64,000 nucleotides of DNA from Selaginella moellendorffii (GCF_000143415.4 NW_003314263.1:684165-748164); one strand, 5' to 3'; positions 1-12,186 are shown, counted from the stretch's first letter. Notes: generated from the letters alone by a model not told the origin. Translations and numbers: made by a program.

Positions 1-1341
1 CTGGAAGGGAACGAAGCAAACCTGAAGGAAGGTGGCGAGGTACCTTATTCCGGGCACAAGTGTCACAGGAGGTAACAAAAGCTTTGATGTAGTCGTCCAT
101 GTGAGGCCACCAAAAGTCCCGTGCAACTAGCTCATAAGTTTTCGCAATGCCGAAGTGACCAGCAGTCGGGCTATCGTGGCACGCCATCAGGACCAACCTT
201 CGAGCATCACCTTCAGGAACGTAAAGCTGCTCCCCACGGTACAATAAGCCATCTAAGAACTTGAACTTGTCAAATCGCCGGCAGTCGGGAGTCACTGGGT
301 GTCCAGCCTGAAGATGGGGGAAAATGTCGCTAGCGAGATCATCGGATTGAAGATCGTTTCTGATTGCATCCATCAAGGAGGAGTCCTGAGGGGCCAGGGA
401 AATTGCCATAACTTGAAGCCGATCAGGACCGAGGATAACTTGATCCTGTTGATCGAAGGCAGGATTACCAGGCCTGAGACTAAGATAGGAGCGCCTTGAA
501 AGAGCATCAGGAAGGCCTTGAAACTTTCTAGGTCTGTACTTGATAACAAAGTCAAACCGACTCAAGAATTGTGCCCACCTTGCTTGACGACAGCTTAAAA
601 CTCGGGAAGTGGCAAAGTACTCGAGATTTTTGTGATCCGTCCAGACTGTTGTTTGATGGCTCGCCCCCTCCAAGAAACGGCGCCACTCTCCAAAGGAATC
701 CACGATGGCAAGGAGCTCCTTGTCGTGGATTTCGTAATTGATCTCCGCAGGCTGGAATTTCCGAGAATGGAAAGCGACCGGATGAAGTTCGTGATCCGCT
801 CCGAGTTGAGACAGCACAGCACCAATGGCAAAGTCGGAGGCGTCAGCCTCGATGAAGAAAGGTTGTGAGGAATCAGCATGGATCAAGACAGGAGCAGAAC
901 TGAAGGCCGCCTTGAGTGTGTCGAAGGCCTGCTAGGCAGCAGCAGACCAAGAGAAGGGAACATCCTTGTGAGTGAGATGTGTGAAAGGAAGGACAATGTC
1001 AAAGTAGTGATCAATGAATTTGCGGTAGAAGTTGGCGAAGCCAAGGAAAACCTGAACGTCCGACATTGATTGTGCAGGCTCCCATTCGAGAATAGTCTTG
1101 ACTTTGGCAGGATCCATTGTGATACCCTCAAGAGTGACAATGTACCCAAAGAACTCCACAGACTGCTGATCAAAGGAACATTTCTCAAGCTTCTCAAGCT
1201 TCACGTATAGGCCGTGTTCTCGCAGCTTCGCTAGCACCTTACGTACATGTTTGTCATGCTCCTCCTGAGTTTTTGAGTAGATGAGGATGTCATCGAGGTA
1301 GACGATCACCATCTGATGAAGAAACTCCCGAAAGACGTTGT
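1..1341 (-). mobile_element. Ty3/gypsy pol, 3' part (RT C-terminal half, RNase H, start of integrase); decayed, continues beyond window
   Basis: Minus-strand translation gives VYLDDILIYS (RT), DASDFAIGAVL...YEIHDKELLAIV...TDHKNL (RNase H) and HDSPTAGHFG...CDTC (integrase zinc finger). In-frame stop at 932 and a frameshift are present. Confidence 0.93.
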
Positions 1342-2443
1342 TGTAAGCGACTAAATTTTCCATTCTACTTTAGTCACTTAACCACACCTCTGACCACTTG
1401 GAGGAGTCTCATTCACAACCTCCATAAGTCCAATCCAGGACTTGGGACTTGCTAGCCCCGAGAATGGCATCCATGCCACTCAACATTTGCACTTGGTCCA
1501 AGTGCTCCACGTGTCCGATCCCATGACCGACACTCAAAGGTACCACCGACATAGCAGCCCGTTACGCTAAGGCCATGCCCAATCACCTTTGCCACACTGG
1601 TAGTCCAATACCACTTGCATCACCGTCTTGGCTCTCCAAGACTAGGCAAACCATCCGTGAGTGGTCATCTCAGATCCACTCCTTAGCATCCTTAGGATGC
1701 CCACCGACAAGGGGAATAGCCTTCCCCAATATCCCTCTGTCAGTCCCCACTAAGTCCCTTTCTGCCCCTGGCGGTGTTTGCCAACACTGCCACTGGATCG
1801 AGACTCACAGGCCCGACCACTAAGTCCCACGGTCCTCTGGGACTTCCTCACCACATGACTGTGTCCTTGGTCACTACCCCAGAGGACTGCTCCTCTTCCT
1901 TTCCACAGTCTGGGCCTTTGGGACAACATTTCGGAACACCATGGCCTTACGCGAGCCACCTGGGTACTCTCCTCGCCTTCTGCCCTTGGGTGCTCTAGCC
2001 ATGGGCTTAGAGCGGGTTCCGTTGAGCCACGACAGGTATCCAAGTAGGTAGTGCCACCCACACTTGGACTGGGAGCATCGGCCAGTCGATCTCCCGGGGG
2101 AACTAGAGCCGGCTCTTGAACACTTCACCAAGCTACCCCGCTTGTCGGTCTGTGTTCACTCTAGTCTTGGACTTCCCAGTGGGCAGCTCATCACCCAACA
2201 CTGGGTCCAGCCTTCCTGGGCCAAACTGGCCTTTCCTGGCCAAACTGGCTCCACTGCAGTCCTCCCCCTACTATACTTTTGGAGCTCACCAAACCCCCCA
2301 GGGTCTGGGAGACGAACGCTTTGGGCTTTCACCCTCTCAGGCTCCGGACTCGGACTCGGACTCGGACTCGGACTCGGACTCGGACTCGGACTCGGGCTCG
2401 GGCTCGGTCTCGGCCTCGGCCTCGGTCTCGGTCTCGGTCCCGA

Positions 2444-2475
<32 letters not shown>

Positions 2476-3208
2476 CCGGTCTCGTTCTCGACTTCGGACT
2501 CCATCTCGGACTCCATCTCGGACTCCATCTCGGACTCCATCTCGGGTCCATCTCGGACTCCATCTCGGACTCCATCTCGGACTCCATCTCGGGTCCATCT
2601 CGGACTCCATCTCGGACTCCATTTCGGGTCCATCTTGGGTCCACCTCGGACTCCATCTCGGACTCCATCTCGGACTCCATCTCGGGTCCATCTCGGACTC
2701 CACTTCGGACTCCAACTCGGGTCCATCTCGGGTCCACCTCGGACTCCACTTCGGACTCCATCTCGGACTCCATCTCAGGTCCATCTCGGACTCCACTTCG
2801 GACTCCAACTCGGGTCCATCTCGGGTCCACCTCGGACTCCATCTCGGACTCCATCTCGGGTCCATCTCGGACTCCACTTCGGACTCCAACTCGGGTCCAT
2901 CTCGGACTCCACTTCGGACTCCAACTCAGGTCCATCTCGGACTCCACTTCGGACTCCAACTCGGGTCCATCTCGGACACTCCCACGTGTCATGTGTTGGT
3001 CCTTTTGGGTCCCTTTTTGGAGCCTCGCCTTTTGCTCGCTTCGTGCTCGTTCCTCAAGCACTTCGTTGGGAGTTCCACTCCCGCTCTTGACTTTTCAAGT
3101 CGGAGCTTTTGGTCCAAACGTGTTACGCTCGTTTGGCTCTCGCTTCGGCCACTACCATGTGGCGCCCTTCCAGCTCCACTTTGGGGCCTAGGGATTTTGT
3201 GTCTCACA
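1342..3208 (-). repeat. 3' LTR of family-A element
   Basis: TGTAAGCG...GTCTCACA; near-identical to 7304-9135; purine-rich tract (minus strand GGGTGGTGGAGT) directly inside at 3209-3220. Confidence 0.92.
2344..2976. repeat. Tandem array inside LTR: (CTCGGA)n/(CTCGGT)n hexamers then 12-mer CTCGGACTCCAT variants
   Basis: Directly visible; produces the spurious low-complexity ORFs in all frames. Confidence 0.95.
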
Positions 3209-6200
3209 ACTCCACCACCCATAGACGAAGTTCGATGTCCTCATCGAACGGTGAACCATTTTATAAAGTAACACCCGCATGTGTTACCATTTCCATCCTT
3301 GGCGCGTAGCCAATATTTGTCAATGGTGTGACATTGAAGGCTCACCATGCCTTCTCCATATTCGTCAATGGTTGGACATTGAAGGCTCACCATGCCTTTT
3401 GCATATCCTCTAAGGAGGGTAGTCTCTCCAACTTAGAGACTGATTGGACCACATATAGTGGTTCTTTCCTTTTATTGGTTTAGTTCTCGCTAAACCTCTT
3501 AGAGACCCTTCTCTAAGTCAATCCCACTACTCCTTCTCGAGTAGTCTCAATTTCCATCGATATAACCTTTGCACTTTGGAACTTTGAATTTTGACTTCTT
3601 GGAGTCAATTTTCTAGGTGTCTCCGACACCTTGCCTTGCACCTTTTGTGCAACTCCACTTCCCATCCTAGGAAGTTCTCTACTCGAGGGCACCATCATCC
3701 TCTCTTCTATTTCGTGCCAAAGTTCCAGTTATCATACTTTGTGCTAGGGCTGTTCATGGCCCTATCATTTGGCTACCTTACCGCTCCCTCCCTTGGAGCT
3801 TCCACTTTCGCCAAATCGGAGCATTTCGGAATCCCTCCTTGGAAACACACTTCCTTTCCCGCAACTTGTTAGCGTCCAACACATTAGTGTTCCTCGCCTA
3901 ACTTTGTCACTTGGATTCCTTCCAAGGGATTCCACGGCCCTATCTTGGCCACTCATCTTTTGCTCCTATCCGTTGATTGTTGCACCAAGCAACATCGAAT
4001 CTCTACCTCCCTCCTTGAGGTATTGTTTCGGTTCCATAGCAAAGACTCTTCTTTGCCAAGTCCGGAGGATGTTCACCCCTAGTACGTCTCTTTAGCATCT
4101 TCTGCTATGGGCTCTATCCACGGCCCAACTTCGTGACCCTCCCATGGGTCTTTTATAGAGACTACTTTCCTCGGACTCACTATGCCATCGCACGGACATA
4201 GTTTATTTCCCTTAGGTGCTCTTCCCACTTGGTCATCACGACCAAGCCACACCACCTTAAACAGTTCAATTTCAACATTTTGAACCAGGAACTTCATTCC
4301 TTAGCCAACCAAGGACCTTGTCCTTATCTGGCCATAAGATCACCTAGTGATCTCACCTTGGCACCTTAACAGAGTTGCCAAGAGGTACTTGGTCTTCTAG
4401 ACCTCCAAGTTGTTGACTATAACCCCGGGGGCATCCCCCACACTTGGCGGTGCACCCAAGCCAGCCCTTACGGCCAAGGGTTCATAGCAACTGAGATTAG
4501 GTGTCCCCATCTCACTCACCACGACCTTGGTGCCACTTGCACCAAAGCGTTCAAGTTAGATATGCTGAGCTTTCACACTAAGCAATCTAACCGTGCATCA
4601 CGACTCCGAGGCATCCCTCGCTTGGCGGTGTGCCCAAACCAGTCTCCCCACTGAGAGTCCATGACCACCGAAATATGAGTGTCCTCATATTCCAAACCAT
4701 CACCACGCCCTAGTGATTTGGGACTCGAACCCAAGCACTAGAGGGTCGGGACTCGAACCCAACCTCCGTATATGCATCTACGGACGGCATCACACAAGAT
4801 GCCTGGCGTGACTCCCCACGCCGGTGCATCAACTTATTTTTAAAGCGCGCTACAGATCACAGCTTAGGAACCTAGTTCCTCCACACTGCCAAGTCCTCTC
4901 ACTTGACATGTCTGTGATCATGCATGGACTTCTCCATGCTCGGCCCCATGGCCCACCCTTTTTGAAGTTATCACCTTCAACTAGGGTATTTGTTCCCCCG
5001 ACGTGCCAATCTCGCTTGGCAAGTTCTCCGACCACTGTAACATGGTTCCTGCATAAGCGTGAAAGTCCTTGACCATCGACTTTCGTTCAAAGCCCTCTCT
5101 TTGAACACTCGGGAACTACTTCCCTAACCTTGATAGCCTTGCCTCATGGCAAGCTTCAAGACCACGCTTCTGCTGCGCCACTCTGATTTCGCGCGTTCCA
5201 TGAACCATTTACACTTGGCCTTTCTAGGTACTAAGCTACCTAGAATCGTCTTTGGGAACCTTGAAGGAACTCTGTCCCTCAGCTTGCTAAGGCCTCCCTT
5301 TTGCAAGCCTTCCAAATGCCACATAATCTAACATGGACAATTCCATAACTTAGACTCTCCATGGCATCACGGTTGCTAGCGGCAACACCCTCGAGCCCCC
5401 ACTTGATTCCCCACTCCCAGCTGGCATAACCAACCTTGGTTATGCCCTTCGATTTCTATGGTTCAGTTCCATCCCAATACTACTTGCCTTTGGCTTCACA
5501 CCTTTCCTTCGGTCATTCTCCTCCAGATCAGGAGGATAGCTTTGCACTTTCTATCATGCCTTAGCAAGTATTCTTAGGGATGAACCTACCCCATAGCCCA
5601 GGGAGTGGTTCCTCAATCCGGGTATGCTCACCTTATAATCCCACACACTGGGATTACATTGTTGCTTATGGGCCTTTACATGCCCATCACTAGCCTTGCC
5701 AAAATTCCATTTTTGGCTTTGTCCAACTTAGGTAGACAGTCCTCTCCTGTCTCCGCAACCTTGGACATTTGGATAGCACCTTCTATCCATCATTCGCTAG
5801 GGACTTAGTCCCTTGGGACTTATCCATTGCCCTCGCGACATCAAACACCACCTTTTGGTGTTCTAGAGTGTTCAGGTGTCCCAATGATGGCTTTCTTGAC
5901 AATGAGTATTTCCTTTTATGACATTGACTTACTATATCGCAACATAAGCAACTTATCCCCCGCAAGGGTATATCCGACTTCCCTATGCTAGAAGTCTTGG
6001 GTAGCTACCTTCTACCCGTTTAACCAGTTATTTTGCACCTCTTGCTTAGTTGCCTCATAGTTGTCAAGTCCTACAACTCATTGCTTAGTGCTTTCACACC
6101 TCCATCATTATCTGGGTCACCACACTCCAACTGCATGCTCTGCAGCTTAGGCTATGCCATTCCCATTTCCATTGGGATTCCTTTGGCAAGGGGTTCTCAT

Positions 6201-7288
6201 GAACCCACCAACATAGCCTCAACGTATCACACCTTGGCACATTTGGTGTCTCCACACCATCGGCTCCACGAGCCTACCTCTATGACACTTCTTCTTTGTG
6301 TCTAAGTCTTTGCCAAGACCAATGCCATTCTTTCTCATGCCAACCATCCGTTAGCACTACACCATAGAGGTCACACACAACTTTGTGTCAAAGTTGTTTT
6401 CTTTTTGGGAACACCTTTCCCACGACTTTAGCATGGCACATTTTGCCATCGATGAGATACCCTCTATTCTCATCCTTGGATCCTATGATCCCCCCCCATC
6501 CTTTGTGGGGTACAACACACCTCAGTCCAAATGCTTCCATCAGTCCCTTTAGGACCATCCGTTGACTCTACTTGAGTCATCTAGCAGTTTTGGACTTGGT
6601 TAATCCACAGACCCGTAAGGTCCTACTTGTGAGGCACTAGCTCACTGGAATACACTTCTTGCATTCCTGTCCTACTCAAAAGGACTATTTTCACAAGTGT
6701 TACTCCGACACTTGATTTTGTTATCTGGGGGCAACCTTTGCCCCTTAGGATTACTTGTCCATGTGATGAGAACACCAACTCATCCACTTAATACACCCCC
6801 AACTCCTTGGGTTGTTCCAGCATTTATTAGAGGTAGCCCCGGCTACCTTTTCAAGGACTTGAGTCCTCTTCCGTATTTGACCTCCCACGGTCATTACTTC
6901 TAGTCTCACATTCATGAGCACCAACCTCAACTATATGAGGATAATCTTGTGACTCCTTTATTGTTTTGGAGTCTCTATCTTTCCCGTGATCCCAACTTTA
7001 GTTGTTTACCACAACAACCTTAGCCAATTTGCTGAGACAAATGCTCATTCGGATCACATCCTCAACTCAATGAGGAAAACCTTGCACTGTTCCCAAGATC
7101 CCAAAGTCGTTCCATTATTGGCCCTTTTCTATCCACCACCTCGTCTACAAGTTCACACATGAACTGTAATGGGGAGCCATGTCTTCCTGACTTGCTACTC
7201 CTCAAGGATAGGCCCACTCCTCGGACCTTCCAATGCCAACACTAGTGGTGATATACTTGAGCACCAATAAAAGTCGGACTAAGGAACA

Positions 7289-7300
7289 GCTCCGATACCA
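7289..7300 (-). promoter_or_regulatory. Primer-binding site, tRNA-iMet type
   Basis: Minus strand TGGTATCGGAGC, 3 nt from the LTR end; canonical plant Met PBS is TGGTATCAGAGC. Confidence 0.85.
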
Positions 7301-7303
7301 AAT

Positions 7304-8405
7304 TGTAAGCGACTAAATTTTCCATTCTACTTTAGTCACTTAACCACACCTCTGACCACTTGGAGGAGTCTCATTCACAACCTCCATAAGTCCAATCCAG
7401 GACTTGGGACTTGCTAGCCCCGAGAATGGCATCCATGCCACTCAACATTTGCACTTGGTCCAAGTGCTCCACGTGTCCGATCCCATGACCGACACTCAAA
7501 GGTACCACCGACATAGCAGCCCGTTACGCTAAGGCCATGCCCAATCACCTTTGCCACACTGGTAGTCCAATACCACTTGCATCACCGTCTTGGCTCTCCA
7601 AGACTAGGCAAACCATCCGTGAGTGGTCATCTCAGATCCACTCCTTAGCATCCTTAGGATGCCCACCGACAAGGGGAATAGCCTTCCCCAATATCCCTCT
7701 GTCAGTCCCCACTAAGTCCCTTTCTGCCCCTGGCCGTGTTTGCCAACACTGCCACTGGATCGAGACCCACAGGCCCGACCACTAAGTCCCATGGTCCTCT
7801 GGGACTTCCTCACCACACGACTGTGTCCTTGGTCACTACCCCAGAGGACTGCTCCTCTTCCTTTCCACAGTCTGGGCCTTTGGGACAACATTTCGGAACA
7901 CCGTGGCCTTACGCGAGCCACCTGGGTACTCTCCTCGCCTTCTGTCCTTGGGTGCTCTAGCCATGGGCTTAGAGCGGGTTCCGTTGAGCCACGACAGGTA
8001 TCCAAGTAGGTAGTGCCACCCACACTTGGACTGGGAGCATCGGCCAGTCGATCTCCCGGGGGAACTAGAGCCGGCTCTTGAACACTTCACCAAGCTACCC
8101 CGCTTGTCGGTCTGTGTTCACTCTAGTCTTGGACTTCCCAGTGGGCAGCTCATCACCCAACACTGGGTCCGGCCTTCCTGGGCCAAACTGGCCTTTCCTG
8201 GCCAAACTGGCTCCACTGCAGTCCTCCCCCTACTATACTTTTGGAGCTCACCAAACCCCCCAGGGTCTGGGAGACGAACGCTTTGGGCTTTCACCCTCTC
8301 AGGCTCCGGACTCGGACTCGGACTCGGACTCGGACTCGGACTCGGACTCGGACTCGGGCTCGGGCTCGGTCTCGGCCTCGGCCTCGGTCTCGGTCTCGGT
8401 CCCGA

Positions 8406-8437
<32 letters not shown>

Positions 8438-9135
8438 CCGGTCTCGGTCTCGACTTCGGACTCCATCTCGGACTCCATCTCGGACTCCATCTCGGACTCC
8501 ATCTCGGGTCCATCTCGGGTCCATCTCGGACTCCATCTCGGACTCCATCTCGGGTCCATCTCGGACTCCATCTCGGACTCCATCTCGGACTCCATCTCGG
8601 ACTCCATCTCGGGTCCATCTCGGACTCCACTTCGGACTCCAACTCGGGTCCATCTCGGGTCCACCTCACCTCAGGCTTCGGACTCCATCTCAGACTCCAT
8701 CTCAGGTCCATCTTGGACTCCACTTCGGACTCCAACTCGGGTCCATCTCGGGTCCACCTCGGACTCCATCTCGGACTCCATCTCGGGTCCATCTCGGACT
8801 CCACTTCGGACTCCAACTCGGGTCCATCTCGGACTCCACTTCGGACTCCAACTCAGGTCCATCTCGGACTCCACTTCGGACTCCAACTCGGGTCCATCTC
8901 GGACACTCCCACGTGTCATGTGTTGGTCCTTTTGGGTCCCTTTTTGGAGCCTCGCCTTTTGCTCGCTTCGTGCTCGTTCCTCAAGCACTTCGTTGGGAGT
9001 TCCACTCCCGCTCTTGACTTTTCAAGTCGGAGCTTTTGGTCCAAACGTGTTACGCTCGTTTGGCTCTCGCTTCGGCCACTACCATGTGGCGCCCTTCCAG
9101 CTCCACTTTGGGGCCTAGGGATTTTGTGTCTCACA
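7304..9135 (-). repeat. 5' LTR of family-A element
   Basis: Direct repeat of 1342-3208, adjacent to the PBS, contains the same tandem array (about 8306-8903). Confidence 0.92.
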
Positions 9136-10392
9136 GTTGTTCGCCATGTGTTGGAAAACTGCTGGAGCATTTGTCAAGCCAAATGGCATGACAGTGTACT
9201 CGAAGTGGCCATAGCGGGTTCAGAACGCAGTCTTCCATTCATCACCAGGCCGGATCCGGATCAGGTTGTATGCTCCACGGAGGTCGATCTTGGTGAAGAA
9301 GCGGGCACCGCCGAGGTGTTCCAACAGGTCCGAGATCAGGGGAAGCGGATAACGGTTCCGAACAGTCACCTTGTTCAAACCTCGGTAGTCGATGACTAGC
9401 CGCAAGCTCCCATCCTTCTTCTTGACAAAGAAGACAGGCGCTCTAGCCGGGGACTGCGAATGCTGAATGTAGCCCGAGGCAAGGTTCTCATCCACGTACT
9501 CTTTGAGGGCCTTAAGCTCGGACGGGGATAACCCGTAGATAGGCCCCCACGGAGGTGACGCTCCTTCCTGTAAATCAATGGGACAATCATAAGGCCGATG
9601 AACAGGCAGTACACTAGCTTTTTTCTTGTCAAACACATCCCCAAAATCATGATACTTCTCAGGAAGACTGACAGGAGAAACATGCAAAGCAAAAAGAAAA
9701 AGAGGTTCTTCATGAAGGAGTTCTTTCATAGTGATTGTGGAGATAGGAGGAGGTGTACGACTAAATGGAATGATGAGACGAGGATACGGTCCAATGTAAG
9801 ATGGAAGAGAGGAAAAAGAAGAGGGTGAAAACTTAATAGAGTCAGGAACAGAACCCCGATTTGAGTTTAGGGAACTTTTCCTGATTCGGACTCGATGAAC
9901 AGCAGGGGAAGCCGTGGGAGAGATGAGCTGTAATTCCTTCCAACAAATCTGAGGCTGATGTAGTTGGAACCAAGGAAGACCGAGCACCACAGAGGAGGAC
10001 TTGCTGTTGATGATGTTGAAGGCGATATCGGTGACGGTGGACCCGATGTGTACTCGAACGGGCAACGTTTCCCTAAGTCCAGAAGATGGAGACACAAAAT
10101 GCCCGCCGATGCCTTCAACCCTCAAATCCCGTATGGTAGGAGAAAGAGGAACGTGATGTCGGGCAGCAAAGTCCGTATCCATGAAGCAGGAAGTTGCACC
10201 CGAGTCCAGTAACGCCAGAGCCTTGAGTCCTGATTGTCCGGTGAAAGAAAGGAGACATGGGACGCGGAAGTTGCGGGAATTGGTGGTGGCTTTGATGAAA
10301 GGTGGTGAGGAGCTTGATAAAGAAGAAAAGTGATTTTTATTCAGGGAGTCCAAACAGACAGCTCCTACTCTGTTTGGACAGGGTCGTTTCCC
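9136..10392 (-). mobile_element. Ty3/gypsy pol, 5' part (protease, RT N-terminal half)
   Basis: [11 protein letters not shown] (protease), [58 protein letters not shown]; TGA at 9220-9222 stands where Arg (CGA) is expected. Confidence 0.94.
10308..10392 (-). promoter_or_regulatory. -1 ribosomal frameshift signal: G GGA AAC plus stem/pseudoknot
   Basis: Heptamer at 10386-10392 in gag phase; pol is in the -1 frame; 6-nt spacer; perfect 11-bp stem (10369-10379/10348-10358); loop AGGAGCT complementary to 10308-10314. Confidence 0.85.
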
Positions 10393-11336
10393 GACTGCAA
10401 TAGAGGTGGACTTTGAGGCAGAGTGAACTCGAGCAGTCGAGGAGGCTTCTTGGGACATACAGCTGCTTTGTGATTAGGATCAGCACAATAGAGGCAAAGA
10501 TTATGAGATATTCAACGTTGCTTCTCAGCAGGACTCAACTTCCCTCTAATGAGTCGGGGAGTACCAGAAATATCCATCGGAACCGGAGCAGTAGGTTCAG
10601 GAGTATGCCCCAAAGACTCAAGCTGGGATTCCTGAGTCTGGGACGGAAAAATAGCGGCGCGGCGACTTTCCTGACGACGTTCAAAGAGACGATTGTCACA
10701 TCGAACAGCTTTGTTGATGGCATCCGACAGGTCCTTGGGATCCTCCATGGTGAGCAACAAATCCTTGACATCGTTGTTGAGGCCGAAACGAAATTGGTCA
10801 ATCAGGGCCCGCTCATCCCACTGAGTGTCCAAAGCAAGGAGTTGGAACTCTGCGGCATAGATCGAGGCAGGACGAGACCCCTGAGAGAGACGTCTCATCT
10901 TTGTGGTAGCAGCCCGAACCCGATTCGTCTCGCCAAAACATGCTTCGAGCTTCTCTTTGAACAATTAAAGATCCATCAACTCTGGAACCACGACCCCTTT
11001 CATGCTCTTCTCTAGAAGAGGAGAAAACCATGACAAAGCTGCATCTTCGAGCAACGTCCCAATTGCGCCGATTTGAGACTCGGGAGTAAGGTACCGCCGA
11101 TGTTGAAGTGCGAAGATCAACTCCATCTGGTTCAGGAATCCGCGAAGCTCCGAACGCTTGCCTGAAAATTTCGCCGGGAAGCTCACCTTCGGTTCAGGAA
11201 CTTTGCTGGATCCTTGAGCCGAAAGTGAAGCAAGCTCCTGCTGCATGCGAAGAAGGGTCGCCTTCAGCTCGGTATTCTCAGACTGGATTTTTGCAAGGAC
11301 TTCAGCAAAGAAATCAGGATGGCTTGGAGACTCCAT
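10366..11336 (-). mobile_element. Ty3/gypsy gag with zinc knuckle, two premature stops
   Basis: PAKFSGKRSELRGFL, LSQGSRPASIYAAEF, QFRFGL and PVPMDI motifs, then [14 protein letters not shown] knuckle in the same frame; stops at 10965-10967 and 10512-10514. Confidence 0.9.
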
Positions 11337-11435
11337 TGGCAAGAAGAAAGAAAAAAGGGGGAAAAAAAGGCAAAGGTAATCAAACAATCAAAACGAGCTA
11401 AATCAAAAAACGAAAAAACACAATCTGAATCAAAC

Positions 11436-11797
11436 TGTCAAGACCCCTAACAAGATCAAGACTGGAAAATGCAAAAAGACAAAGAGAAAAGCTAGTGGAA
11501 ACAAAGAAGAAGCCTTAGACTGGCGTTGATTTAGATTGTGGAGAAATGGAACAAAGCTAACCTATATATACTATAGGTTGATGAAGCTCCACCACTCTTG
11601 GATCGAGGACGGCCTAAATATAGCTGAGGTCGAGGAGGCGCCACATCATCATCAGGAATGTGGCTCGAGACTCAGGAATCGGGAAGTGTCTCGAGAGTCA
11701 AGGAATAGGGAAGTGTCTCGAGAGTCAGGAATGTGGTCTGCAGGTCAGGAATCCGGCGAGAGTCAGGAATGTGGCAAGAATTGGGGGATTCCTGACA
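11436..11797 (-). repeat. 5' LTR of the gypsy element (~362 bp)
   Basis: Inverted termini TGTCAAGACCCC...GGGGATTCCTGACA, TATATATA at 11563-11570, located upstream of gag; the partner LTR lies outside the window. Confidence 0.75.
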
Positions 11798-12186
11798 GAT
11801 ATTGGGGAAGGCGGTTCCCCATGTCTGTGGGCATTCTAAAGATGCTAAGGAGTGGATCTGTGATGATCACTCATAGATGGATGGCCAAGTCTTTGAGAGA
11901 CGAGACTATGATATAAGTGTTGGATCACCGGTGTGACAAAGGTGAATAGGCATGGCTTTAGCATAACAAACTGATATGTCAGTGGTACCTTTGAGTGTCG
12001 GTCATGGGATTGGACACGTAGAGCACTTGGACCAAGTGAAAAGGTTGAGTGGTAGGGATGCCATTCTTGGGGCTAGCAAGCCCCAAGTTTGGAATAAGAC
12101 TTATGGAGGCTGTGAGTGAGACTCCTCCAAGTGGCCGGAAGTGTGGTTAAGTGACTAAAGTATAATGGAAACTTTAGTCACTTACA
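11798..12186 (+). repeat. Older, diverged family-A LTR fragment in opposite orientation
   Basis: Reverse-complement similarity to about 1342-1735, ending ...TAGTCACTTACA; interrupted by the gypsy LTR. Confidence 0.85.

Larger units (their letters stand above)
1342..9135 (-). mobile_element. Complete non-autonomous LTR retroelement (family A, ~7.8 kb) inserted in the gypsy RT
   Basis: Two ~1.85 kb direct repeats with TG...CA ends. 5-bp target-site duplication GTTGT at 1337-1341 and 9136-9140. The host RT reading frame rejoins across it (FQHMAN|NVFREF). No long gag/pol ORF in the 4.1 kb interior. Confidence 0.93.

Noticed and set aside
2480-2976. CRISPR-like appearance of regular repeats
   Set aside because: Repeats are contiguous with no unique spacers; eukaryotic context; no cas genes.
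2064-3271. Long ORFs in all six frames (GLGL, SDSD, RSRS, MESE repeats), also at 8026-9399
   Set aside because: By-products of a stop-free 6/12-bp tandem array in LTRs; frames differ between the two LTR copies.
4645-4700. Possible hammerhead ribozyme (CTGAGAG...GAAA-stem) suggesting a retrozyme
   Set aside because: The core lacks the CUGANGA spacing, stem I cannot form, and it lies on the strand opposite to the element transcript.
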